DNA of 64,000 nucleotides from an uncultured beta proteobacterium (GTDB lineage Bacteria; Pseudomonadota; Gammaproteobacteria; Burkholderiales; Burkholderiaceae_C): contig CAVXMS010000003.1 in the NCBI GenBank assembly GCA_963763035.1, positions 1,663,945 through 1,727,944 on the forward strand, read 5' to 3'. The notes under the pieces are model-generated. The model saw only the letters and a list, made by a program, of their open reading frames with translations. It did not search any database and was not told the origin of the DNA. Every line of letters begins with the position of its first letter. Positions within the stretch are counted from its first letter, which is position 1. This document shows positions 32,437-40,896 of this stretch, piece by piece. The position numbers and the translations under genes were made by a program.

Positions 32437-32595
32437 TCAATCTCCGTTTATCAAACTCAGGAACTTTTTCACGTAAACCGGCTTGATCGGTCGGTGCGCC
32501 GGCACTGGCAGCATTTTGCCATCTGAACTTTTGCTTGATGAGCACAAGCGAGGTCGACATCGGAGCACTGAAGCGTTCGGGAGAATGAATGGGGC
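32437..32595 (-). pseudogene. degenerate hicA-like toxin remnant upstream of hicB
   Basis: A 52-codon open frame ends 4 nt before the hicB ATG. Its C-terminal half (GKMLPVPAHRPIKPVYVKKFLSLINGD) aligns by eye with the HicA C-terminus (E. coli ..RRSVMPRHPCDEIKEPLRKAILKQLGL). There is no ATG near the 5' end, the frame is closed by TAG at 32596-32598, and the conserved GSxH region reads CSSS. Confidence 0.3.
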
Positions 32596-32626
32596 CTATG
32601 ATGCCAAAGAATTCAGGGAGGTTGGC

Positions 32627-33589
32627 ATGAGCGAGCTTGTCAGGCTGTATCGGTACAAAAGTTTACTGAGCGATCGGCGCGCGGTATCAAGCCAGGAGCT
32701 GATGGCTGCGCTTGAAATCTCACCCGCCACCTTCAAGCGCGACCTGGCCAAGCTGCGCGACCAGTTGCATGTGCCGATCAAGTTCAACCGTGAGCTTGGC
32801 GGCTATCAAATGGAGCCGGGCCACAGCGACAGCGAGCTGCCCGGTCTCTGGTTCAGCCAGGAAGAAATTCTGGCTCTGGTCACCATCCAGCAACTGCTGG
32901 AACAACTTGAGCCCGGCCTGCTGGGCGCCAAGCTGCACCCGCTGCAAGAACGCCTGACCCAGTTGATGGACAAGCATGGTTTGGCGAGTCAGGACGTGGC
33001 CAAACGCATCCGCATCGTGCACGCCGGCAAGCGCCGGGTCATCGCCAAATCGTTTGAGGCTGTGGCCGCCGCCACGCTGGCACGCAAGCGTCTGAAGATC
33101 TGGCACTTCAGCCGGCAAAACGGAACGACAACGGAGCGCGAAGTGTCACCCCAGCGCCTGGTGCACTACCGCGACAACTGGTATCTGGACGCCTGGTGCC
33201 ATCTGCGCGATGAGCTGCGCAGTTTCAGCATTGATGCCGTGAGCCAAGTTCAACTATTGGACTGCCCGGCGCGCGACGTCAGCGATGCCAAACTGGATGC
33301 GACTTTCGGCCCCGGTTACGGTATTTTCTCTGGCGACACCGTCCGCTGGGCACGTCTGCGCTTCACGTCTGAGCGCGCCCGCTGGGTGGCGCGAGAGCAG
33401 TGGCACCCGCAGCAACAGGGAACGGTGCAAGCGGACGGCAGCTACCAGCTGCGCATCCCCTACAGCGACCACCGCGAACTGATCATGGACATCCTCAAAC
33501 ACGGCGCCCACTGCGAAGTGCTGGGGCCGCCCAGCCTGCGTCAGACCGTGGCACAGGAGGTGGGGAAGATGGCAAAGAAATATTTTTGA
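32627..33589 (+). CDS. WYL-domain transcriptional regulator (wHTH-WYL-WCX architecture)
   Basis: 320 aa from the ATG at 32627. N-terminal HTH (VSSQELMAALEISPATFKRDLAKLRDQL), central WYL domain (VHYRDNWYLDAWCHLRDELRSFSIDAV) and a C-terminal extension. It lies 83 nt upstream of cas3 on the same strand. Confidence 0.8.
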   Translation: MSELVRLYRYKSLLSDRRAVSSQELMAALEISPATFKRDLAKLRDQLHVPIKFNRELGGYQMEPGHSDSELPGLWFSQEEILALVTIQQLLEQLEPGLLGAKLHPLQERLTQLMDKHGLASQDVAKRIRIVHAGKRRVIAKSFEAVAAATLARKRLKIWHFSRQNGTTTEREVSPQRLVHYRDNWYLDAWCHLRDELRSFSIDAVSQVQLLDCPARDVSDAKLDATFGPGYGIFSGDTVRWARLRFTSERARWVAREQWHPQQQGTVQADGSYQLRIPYSDHRELIMDILKHGAHCEVLGPPSLRQTVAQEVGKMAKKYF

Positions 33590-33672
33590 GCCATGGGGGG
33601 AGTGGGTCATCTGGTGAGCCTGTGGAGGCGTAAGCTACCTGCAAATCAGAAATTCAGGGGAGAAAATCCTTC

Positions 33673-35925
33673 GTGTCAGAACCATTGGCCCATTCGGGCG
33701 GGCATTTGTTGGCAGAGCATCTGCAGTCTGTGGCGGGCATGGCTGCCGGGTTTTCTCAAACGTTTGATGCCGCTACGGTTACCCAGCGCTGGGCTTATCT
33801 GGCAGGCTTGTGGCACGACCTTGGCAAATACCGGCCCGGCTTTCAGCGCTATGTGCGGCTGGCTGACAACCCGGATGCGCACATTGAAGGCAAAGTGGGT
33901 GGGCGCGAAAAAACCCACTCTGCCGCTGGCGCACTGTGGGCAATACAGCAATTGAACCAGCCGAACCGCCCTTACGGCAACATCCTCGCTTACCTGATTG
34001 CAGGCCACCATGCAGGTCTGGACGATTGGGATGGTGGGCTGAAAGAACGACTGCAAAACGACGACGCCCAACAGGAGCTGAATGAAGCCTTGGCAGCTCA
34101 TCCCCCCGCCAACCTATTGGCGCATGGCGATTTGGTGGCACAGATTCCCGGTGGTGCAAATGGCTTTGCCTTGTGGGTGCGCATACTGTTCTCTTGTCTG
34201 GTCGATGCCGATTTTCTGGACACCGAAGCGCACTTTGATGCGGGCAAACCCGCCCGCCGCGAAGGCTTCCCCACGCTGGCGCAAATGCGGCTGGCGTTTG
34301 ATGCCCACATGGCGGCACTGCCGGTGGCTGAGACACCGGTCAACACCCTGCGGGCCGACATCCTGCGCCAGTGCCGCGCCAAGGCCGCATTACCTGCGGG
34401 TTTCTTCTCGCTCACCGTGCCCACGGGCGGTGGCAAAACCCTGTCCAGTCTGGCGTTTGCGCTGGAGCACGCACAAACGCATGGCAAACGCCGCGTTATC
34501 TACGCCATTCCCTACACCAGCATCATTGAGCAAACGGCAGACGTGTTCCGTGGCGTGTTCAAGGCACTGGGCGACGAGGTGCTGATCGAGCACCACAGCC
34601 AGGCCGATGCTGCGGAAGAAGACGAAACCGCCCGCAGTCGCCTCGCGTGCGAAAACTGGGACGCGCCGCTGGTGGTCACGACCAACGTGCAGTTGTTCGA
34701 GTCCCTGTTCGCCGCCAAAACCTCGCGCTGCCGCAAGCTGCACAACCTGGTGGGCAGCATCATCGTGCTGGACGAAGCGCAGCAACTGCCGCCCGCGTTT
34801 TTGCAGCCGATTCTGGATGTGCTCAATTTGCTGGTGGCGCACTACGGCGTGACCGTGGTGCTGTGCACCGCCACCCAACCCGCGCTCAACAGCACCACCT
34901 ATTTCGATGCCAACAAGAACCTGCGTGGCTTGGAAAATGTGCGCGAGATCATCGACAGCCCCGATGCCTTGTTTGATGCCCTCAAGCGCGTGGATGTAGA
35001 GCTTCCGCCCGACTGGACAAGCCCCACCGCCTGGGTTGACATTGCCAAGCAACTCGGTGCCGAAGACTGCGTGCTGGCCATCGTCAACACCCGCAAGGCC
35101 GCCCGAGAATTGCAGCGCCTGATGCCTGCTGACACCTTGCACCTGTCGGCCTTGATGTGCGGCGCACACCGTAAGGATGTTATTGCGCACATCAAAGAGC
35201 GCCTGAAAGCCAAACGCGAGGGGCACGACCAGCAGCCCCTGCGTGTGGTCAGCACCCAGTTGGTGGAGGCGGGGGTAGACATTGACTTCCCCGTGGTCTA
35301 CCGCGCCTTGGCCGGGCTTGACTCCATTGCCCAAGCCGCTGGCCGTTGCAACCGCGAAGGGCGCATGGCCGGCAAGGGCCGTGTGGCAGTGTTTGTGCCG
35401 CCAGAGCGGGCACCGCTGGGCCATCTGCGTAAAGGCGCTGATGCCTGTATCTCCACCTTGCACGGGCAGTCACACGACCCGCTGGCCCGTGCACTGTTTG
35501 ACCGCTACTTCAAAGAGTTCTACCACTCGGTGGAGTTGGATGCCAAAGAAGTCGTCAAGAAACTCACCATCAACGATCGCAAAACCCTGAGCGTGCAGTT
35601 CCGCACCGCTGCCGAAGCGTTTCGCCTGATTGACGATCAAGACAGCGCCACCGTGGTGGTGCGCTACGCAGAACAACGCGACGAGATTGAAAAGCTGCTT
35701 GGGATATTGGTCGCCGAAGGCCCGCAGCGTTGGCTGATGCGCAAGCTACAGCGCTACACCGTCAGCATCCACAAACGGGTGGCCGACAAAATGCTGGCAC
35801 AAGGCAGTTTGACGCTTCCCATGCCTGGACTTTATGTACAAGTGAATGCAGAAAATCTATATGACCCCATGCTCGGTTTGAAGCCCGATGATGATGTTTA
35901 CAACCCCGGTGGCTTTGCTATTTGA
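33673..35925 (+). CDS. cas3: type I-C CRISPR-associated nuclease/helicase Cas3
   Basis: 750 aa with an N-terminal HD domain (LWHDLGKYRPGFQ, AGHHAGL), helicase motif I (VPTGGGKT) and motif II (VLDEAQ). GTG start at 33673. Confidence 0.93.
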   Translation: MSEPLAHSGGHLLAEHLQSVAGMAAGFSQTFDAATVTQRWAYLAGLWHDLGKYRPGFQRYVRLADNPDAHIEGKVGGREKTHSAAGALWAIQQLNQPNRPYGNILAYLIAGHHAGLDDWDGGLKERLQNDDAQQELNEALAAHPPANLLAHGDLVAQIPGGANGFALWVRILFSCLVDADFLDTEAHFDAGKPARREGFPTLAQMRLAFDAHMAALPVAETPVNTLRADILRQCRAKAALPAGFFSLTVPTGGGKTLSSLAFALEHAQTHGKRRVIYAIPYTSIIEQTADVFRGVFKALGDEVLIEHHSQADAAEEDETARSRLACENWDAPLVVTTNVQLFESLFAAKTSRCRKLHNLVGSIIVLDEAQQLPPAFLQPILDVLNLLVAHYGVTVVLCTATQPALNSTTYFDANKNLRGLENVREIIDSPDALFDALKRVDVELPPDWTSPTAWVDIAKQLGAEDCVLAIVNTRKAARELQRLMPADTLHLSALMCGAHRKDVIAHIKERLKAKREGHDQQPLRVVSTQLVEAGVDIDFPVVYRALAGLDSIAQAAGRCNREGRMAGKGRVAVFVPPERAPLGHLRKGADACISTLHGQSHDPLARALFDRYFKEFYHSVELDAKEVVKKLTINDRKTLSVQFRTAAEAFRLIDDQDSATVVVRYAEQRDEIEKLLGILVAEGPQRWLMRKLQRYTVSIHKRVADKMLAQGSLTLPMPGLYVQVNAENLYDPMLGLKPDDDVYNPGGFAI

Positions 35926-35934
35926 AGGAATGCC

Positions 35935-36588
35935 ATGCCCAGTTTTTGCCTCGAAGTCTCAGGCCTATTCGCCTGCTTTACCCGCCCGGAAATGAAGGTG
36001 GAGCGCGTCTCTTACGACGTGATGACCCCTTCCGCTGCCCGCGCCGTGTTTGAGTCCGTGCTGTGGAAACCAGCCATCCGATGGCGGGTGCATCGCATTG
36101 ACGTGCTCAAACCCATCCGCTGGATCAACTTGCGGCGCAATGAAGTCAGCGCCGTGGTGTCCACGCGCAATGTGCAGCAGGCCATGACGGCTGGTAGCGG
36201 CACGCTGGGCCTGTACATTGAAGACGAGCGCCAGCAACGTGCGGGCTACTTCCTGCGCGATGTGGCCTACCGCATCCATGCCGATTTGTCGCTGGCACCG
36301 GGCTGCACCGAACCTTTGATGAAATACACCGAGATGTTCACCCGCCGCGCCAGTAAAGGCCAGTGCGTGAACCAGCCGTATATGGGCTGCCGCGAGTTCG
36401 CGGCGGACTTCCGCCTGGTCACGGCTGATACACCGCCCGCCACGCCCATTGGTGACACCCGTGAGCTGGGCTGGATGTTGCACGACCTGGACTTCACCCA
36501 CCCCGCTGACCCGCAGTCGCGCTTTTTCAACGCCAAGCTGGACAAAGGTGTGGTGCAGGTTCCTCCATTTGAGGAGGCACGCGGATGA
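35935..36588 (+). CDS. cas5: Cas5d (type I-C pre-crRNA endoribonuclease / Cascade subunit)
   Basis: 217 aa with the Cas5d signature N-terminus (ACFTRPEMKVERVSYDVMTPSAARAVFESVLWKP). Confidence 0.9.
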   Translation: MPSFCLEVSGLFACFTRPEMKVERVSYDVMTPSAARAVFESVLWKPAIRWRVHRIDVLKPIRWINLRRNEVSAVVSTRNVQQAMTAGSGTLGLYIEDERQQRAGYFLRDVAYRIHADLSLAPGCTEPLMKYTEMFTRRASKGQCVNQPYMGCREFAADFRLVTADTPPATPIGDTRELGWMLHDLDFTHPADPQSRFFNAKLDKGVVQVPPFEEARG

Positions 36589-38360
36589 TTTTGCAAGCCC
36601 TGAATGACTACTACCGCCGCAAGTGCGACGACCCCGATCCGGCGCAGCGCCTGCCCATGTTCGGGCTGGAGCAAAAGGAAATCCCCTTCCTTCTGGAGAT
36701 CAGCCCCGAGGGTGAATTGCTGCAGTTGCGTGACACCCGCGAGTTGAATGGGAAAAAGAAAGTGGCCCGCGTTTTTCGTGTGCCCATGGGCATCAAAAAG
36801 ACCTCTGGCGTGGCCGCCAATTTGTTGTGGGACACCTTGGAATACGTACTGGGTGTGGACACCAAGGGCAAGCCTGAGCGCGTGGCCGAACAGCATGCCG
36901 CCTTCCGCGCCCGCATCGCCGCGCTGCCCGAGACAGTCCGTGAGGATGCAGGCATTCAGGCCGTGACGCGCTTTCTGGATCACATCGACTTGGCGCAGTT
37001 GGCGCGTCAGCCCGCCTGGGCCGATGCGCTGGAAGGCAATGCGGTGCTGAGCTTTCGGCTGCACGGTGACCTTGATCTGGTGTGCCAGCGGCCAGCCGTG
37101 GTGAATGCGGCCCTGAATGTTTCCACTGGCGACGATGCACCCCAGGCGATGTGTTTGGTCACGGGTGAGTTGGCCCCGGTAGAGCGCCTGCATGCCTCCA
37201 TCAAAGGCGTGTGGGGTGCGCAAACATCGGGGGCGAATATCGTCTCGTTCAATGCGCGTGCATTCGAGTCGTATGGCAAGACGGAGCGCCAGGGTGACAA
37301 CGCCCCGGTTAGCCGTGCCGCAGCCTTTGCCTACATCACCGCGCTGAACCACCTGCTGCGCAAGGACTCGACCCAGCGGATTCAGGTGGGGGATGCGTCC
37401 ACCGTGTTTTGGGCTGAAAAGCAGGATGCATTCGAGGACATTTTTGGGGACATCTTCAAGGACAACCCGGATGACAGCACTACCGCTGTTCATGTATTGC
37501 TCAATGCGGTTCAAAGTGGAAAATGGGGTACTTCTGATGAGAACACTCGCTTTTATGTCTTGGGTCTGGCCCCCAACGCGGCGCGTATCAGCATTCGTTT
37601 CTATCACTGCGTGACCTTGCGCGAACTCGGCGCACGCATTGCCCAACACTTTGAAGACCTGTCGCTGGCGCGTGGCCCCCATGACCCCCAATACCCCTCG
37701 CTGTTTCGCCTGCTGGCAGCGGTGGCGGTGCAAAACAAGGCCGACAATATTCCGCCCAATTTGGGTGGCTCAATAATGGATGCCATCTTTGCCGGGGTGA
37801 ACACGCCTTACCCCAGCCTGTGGCTTAACGCCGCTGTGGGCCGCTGCCGGGCCGAACAAAACGTCAATTACCTGCGTGCTGCGGCCATCAAAGCCTGCAT
37901 CAACCGCCAGATGCGCAACGCCCGACCCTCATCATCCACCCCATCCCTAGAACAGGAGTTTTTGCCCATGCTTGATCTCAGCAACCCCAACCCGGCATAC
38001 CGTCTGGGACGGCTATTTTCCGTGCTGGAAAAAATCCAGGAAGAAGCCAGCCCCGGCCTCAATGCCACTATCCGTGACCGCTATTACGGCGCGGCCTCCA
38101 GCACGCCGGTGGCGGTGTTCACCACCTTGCTGCGCCTGAAAAATGCCCACCTCAAGAAGCTGACTCCAGGGCGTACTACCACGTTTGAGAAATTGCTGGG
38201 CGAAGTGCTCGGGCCTGTAACCGATTTTCCCAAACATTTGCCGCTGCCAGACCAGGGCCGCTTTGCACTGGGCTACTACCACCAGCGGCAAGACTTCTTC
38301 ACCAAAAAATCTGACGCCTCCACCAACACACCCACACCCACGGAAGGAACCCCAGCATGA
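36585..38360 (+). CDS. cas8c: Cas8c (Csd1) large subunit
   Basis: 591 aa with a Csd1-type N-terminus ([12 protein letters not shown]). It sits between cas5d and cas7. ATGA overlap with cas5. Confidence 0.88.
   Translation: MILQALNDYYRRKCDDPDPAQRLPMFGLEQKEIPFLLEISPEGELLQLRDTRELNGKKKVARVFRVPMGIKKTSGVAANLLWDTLEYVLGVDTKGKPERVAEQHAAFRARIAALPETVREDAGIQAVTRFLDHIDLAQLARQPAWADALEGNAVLSFRLHGDLDLVCQRPAVVNAALNVSTGDDAPQAMCLVTGELAPVERLHASIKGVWGAQTSGANIVSFNARAFESYGKTERQGDNAPVSRAAAFAYITALNHLLRKDSTQRIQVGDASTVFWAEKQDAFEDIFGDIFKDNPDDSTTAVHVLLNAVQSGKWGTSDENTRFYVLGLAPNAARISIRFYHCVTLRELGARIAQHFEDLSLARGPHDPQYPSLFRLLAAVAVQNKADNIPPNLGGSIMDAIFAGVNTPYPSLWLNAAVGRCRAEQNVNYLRAAAIKACINRQMRNARPSSSTPSLEQEFLPMLDLSNPNPAYRLGRLFSVLEKIQEEASPGLNATIRDRYYGAASSTPVAVFTTLLRLKNAHLKKLTPGRTTTFEKLLGEVLGPVTDFPKHLPLPDQGRFALGYYHQRQDFFTKKSDASTNTPTPTEGTPA
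37968..38360 (+). CDS. cas11: candidate internally translated Cas11c small subunit (nested in the cas8c 3' end, same frame)
   Basis: In-frame ATG at 37968 (codon 462 of cas8c), preceded by AGGAG at 37954-37958 with a 9-nt spacer. It would yield a 130-aa product ([24 protein letters not shown]...). Confidence 0.5.
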   Translation: MLDLSNPNPAYRLGRLFSVLEKIQEEASPGLNATIRDRYYGAASSTPVAVFTTLLRLKNAHLKKLTPGRTTTFEKLLGEVLGPVTDFPKHLPLPDQGRFALGYYHQRQDFFTKKSDASTNTPTPTEGTPA

Positions 38361-39358
38361 GCCTCGATCAACAACTTGCCAACCGCTACGACTTCGTTCT
38401 CATTTTTGATGTGAAGGACGGCAACCCCAATGGCGACCCCGATGCGGGCAACATGCCGCGTCTTGACGCCGAATCCGGCCACGGCTTGGTGACCGATGTG
38501 TCGCTCAAGCGCAAGGTGCGCAACTTTGTTGGGCTGGTTAAGGATCAAGATCAAAGCGTTCCAGTGGATGGTGAGAAACGCTTTGAAATCTACGTGCGTG
38601 AGAAGGCCATTCTGAATCATCAGAACCAGCGCGCATACGCTGCATTGAACCTGGATGCGGTTGAAGCACCAGCAGAAGGTGATGTCGCTGGAGCAGCAGA
38701 AGAAGCCGACGCAAGGAAGAAAAAGCCAGCCAAAGAAAAACGCAAAGGCAGCGCCGATGAGGTCGGCCAGGCGCGCAAATGGATGTGCCAAAACTTCTTT
38801 GACGTGCGCACCTTTGGCGCTGTCATGTCCACCGGTGTGAACTGCGGCCAAGTGCGTGGCCCGGTGCAGTTCACCTTTGCCCGTTCGGTGGAGCCCATCG
38901 TGGCGCTGGAGCACTCCATTACTCGCATGGCCGTTGCCACCGAAGCCGAGGCGGAAAAGCAGCAGGGCGACAACCGCACCATGGGCCGCAAGCACACCGT
39001 GCCCTATGGCGTGTATTTGGCCCACGGCTTTGTGTCGTCGTTCCTGGCCAAGCAAACCGGGTTTGGTGAGGACGATCTGGAGTTGGTGTTCCAAGCCCTG
39101 GCGCAAATGTTCGAGCACGACCGCTCAGCCGCACGCGGCGAAATGTCCACACGCGGGCTGTATGTGTTCAAGCACGACAGCGAACTCGGCAACGCCCCGG
39201 CCCACGCTTTGTTTGACCGCCTCAAGGTTGAACCCAAAGTAGAGGGCGAAGTGGCCCGCAGCTTTGATGCGTATTCGGTGGCGTTTGACGGTCAGAGTCT
39301 GGCCGTGGGGCAATCCGTTCAGCCCGCCCCTGGCGTGACCTTGACTAGGCACTGCTGA
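38357..39358 (+). CDS. cas7: Cas7c (Csd2) backbone subunit
   Basis: 333 aa with the Csd2 signature [29 protein letters not shown] overlap with cas8c. Confidence 0.9.
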   Translation: MSLDQQLANRYDFVLIFDVKDGNPNGDPDAGNMPRLDAESGHGLVTDVSLKRKVRNFVGLVKDQDQSVPVDGEKRFEIYVREKAILNHQNQRAYAALNLDAVEAPAEGDVAGAAEEADARKKKPAKEKRKGSADEVGQARKWMCQNFFDVRTFGAVMSTGVNCGQVRGPVQFTFARSVEPIVALEHSITRMAVATEAEAEKQQGDNRTMGRKHTVPYGVYLAHGFVSSFLAKQTGFGEDDLELVFQALAQMFEHDRSAARGEMSTRGLYVFKHDSELGNAPAHALFDRLKVEPKVEGEVARSFDAYSVAFDGQSLAVGQSVQPAPGVTLTRHC

Positions 39359-39370
39359 TCGGAGTGCCGC

Positions 39371-40216
39371 ATGAAAATCCTGCCCACCGAATTCGACGGT
39401 CAATCCATCCGCCGCGTGTACGACGAAGACACGGAAACCTGGTGGTTTTCGGTGATTGACGTGGTGCAGGTGCTGACGGACAGCAACAACGCCAGGCGTT
39501 ACTGGTCTGACCTCAAACGCAAGCTCGCGCAAGAAGCGGGTTCTGAGCAACCGTACGAAAAAATCGTACAGTTGAAATTGACAGCACCGGACGGCAAACA
39601 ACGACTGACCGACGTTGCCACCGCTGAGAGTCTGCTGCGCATCGTCCAGTCCATCCCCAGCCCCAAAGCCGAGCCCATCAAGCTCTGGCTGGCCAAGGTT
39701 GGCTATGAGCGCATGCAGGAAATGACCGACCCCGCTCTTTCGCTGGACAGGGCGCGCCAGACCTGGCAACAGCATGGACGCAGCGACAAGTGGATTGCCC
39801 AGCGCATGACCGGGCAGGAAACGCGCAACAAGCTCACCGACTACTGGAGCGAGCACGACATCAAAAAGGGCAGCGAATTTGCCATCCTCACCAACATCAT
39901 CCATCAGGAATGGGCGGGCGTGAGCGTGGTGGAGCACAAGGACATGAAGGGCCTGAGCAGCCACAATCTGCGCGACCACATGAGCGAGGCGGAACTCATT
40001 TTCACGGCGCTGGCTGAGTTATCCACCCGCCAGATTGCGCAGAGCGTAGATGCCACCGGCATGCCGCAAAACAAAACCGCCGCCAAGGCTGGTGGCCGCA
40101 TTGCCCGTCAGGCGCGCAACCAACTGGAAAGCCAGACCGGAAAATCGGTGGTGAGTGGTGCCAACTACCTGCCACCGGTTGCGAAGAAGGCCTTGAAGTC
40201 ACCGCGCAAGGCGTAG
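39371..40216 (+). CDS. Bro-N domain / DinD-like protein embedded in the cas operon (non-canonical component)
   Basis: 281-aa ORF. The GGAG at 39361-39364 lies 6 nt before the ATG. The N-terminal ~110 aa reads as a Bro-N-like domain (FDGQSIRRVYDEDTETWWFSVIDVVQVL..RYWSDLKRKL..ESLLRIVQSIPSPKAEPIKLWLAKV). The C-terminal half resembles the DNA-damage-inducible DinD family (HNLRDHMSEAELIFTALAELSTRQI..GGRIARQARNQLESQTGKSV). It starts 12 nt after cas7 and ends 26 nt before cas4. Confidence 0.75.
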   Translation: MKILPTEFDGQSIRRVYDEDTETWWFSVIDVVQVLTDSNNARRYWSDLKRKLAQEAGSEQPYEKIVQLKLTAPDGKQRLTDVATAESLLRIVQSIPSPKAEPIKLWLAKVGYERMQEMTDPALSLDRARQTWQQHGRSDKWIAQRMTGQETRNKLTDYWSEHDIKKGSEFAILTNIIHQEWAGVSVVEHKDMKGLSSHNLRDHMSEAELIFTALAELSTRQIAQSVDATGMPQNKTAAKAGGRIARQARNQLESQTGKSVVSGANYLPPVAKKALKSPRKA

Positions 40217-40242
40217 GGCGCAGCAAAAGTCAACGAATCCCC

Positions 40243-40884
40243 ATGGCAGCTGAGCTTGATCAAATCCCTCTGTCCGCCCTGCAGCACTGGCACTACTGCC
40301 CGCGCCAATGCGGACTGATTCATCTGGAGCAGGTGTTTGACGACAACGTCCACACCTTACGTGGTCAGGCAGTGCACGCCAAGGTAGACCAGCCCGGTGT
40401 TGAAACGGCCAAAGGCGTTCGCGTGGAGCGCGCATTGCCGCTGTGGCACGACGAGTTGGGTTTGGTTGGCAAGTCTGATGTGGTGGAGTTTCTGGCTGGC
40501 GGTGTGCCCTATCCAGTGGAATACAAACATGGCAGTCGCAACAAAGCAGCAGACATTGCGGCTTGTGATGATCTGCAACTGGCGGCCCAAGGCATGTGCC
40601 TGCAAGCCATGACTGGCAAGACAGTGAACGAGGGCGCCCTCTACTACGCCACCTCAAAGCGTCGTCGCGTGGTGGACATCACCGAACAACTGCGCACTGA
40701 GGTCGCGCAAACTGCGGATGCCATTCGCCAAATGCTGGCCAGCGGCGAGTTGCCCCCGCCCCTGGGGGCAGAGCAGGCCGCCAAGCGCTGCAAGGCGTGT
40801 TCGCTGCTGGAGCGCTGCCAGCCCCAAGCCACACACGCCGGTTTGGTGGCTGCTCGCGCGGCGCTGTTTGACCCCGACGCATAG
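40243..40884 (+). CDS. cas4: Cas4 (RecB-like exonuclease, Fe-S cluster)
   Basis: 213 aa with an N-terminal Cys (HYCPRQC), C-terminal CKACSLLERC, and the RecB motif DVVEF..YPVEYK. Confidence 0.9.
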   Translation: MAAELDQIPLSALQHWHYCPRQCGLIHLEQVFDDNVHTLRGQAVHAKVDQPGVETAKGVRVERALPLWHDELGLVGKSDVVEFLAGGVPYPVEYKHGSRNKAADIAACDDLQLAAQGMCLQAMTGKTVNEGALYYATSKRRRVVDITEQLRTEVAQTADAIRQMLASGELPPPLGAEQAAKRCKACSLLERCQPQATHAGLVAARAALFDPDA

Positions 40885-40896
40885 CACAGGATACGG

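Noticed and set aside
32596-32787. 63-aa minus-strand ORF inside the 5' end of the WYL regulator gene, in the same frame as the hicA-like remnant
   Set aside because: It has no HicA-like sequence, it is separated from the remnant by a TAG, and it lies antisense to a well-supported gene. It is not a missing HicA N-terminus.
39371-40216. Possibility that the extra cas-operon gene is an IS element or transposase
   Set aside because: There are no DDE or serine/tyrosine recombinase motifs, no terminal inverted repeats or target duplications flanking it, and the ORF is tightly packed in operon phase. It is treated as a genuine passenger/accessory gene instead.
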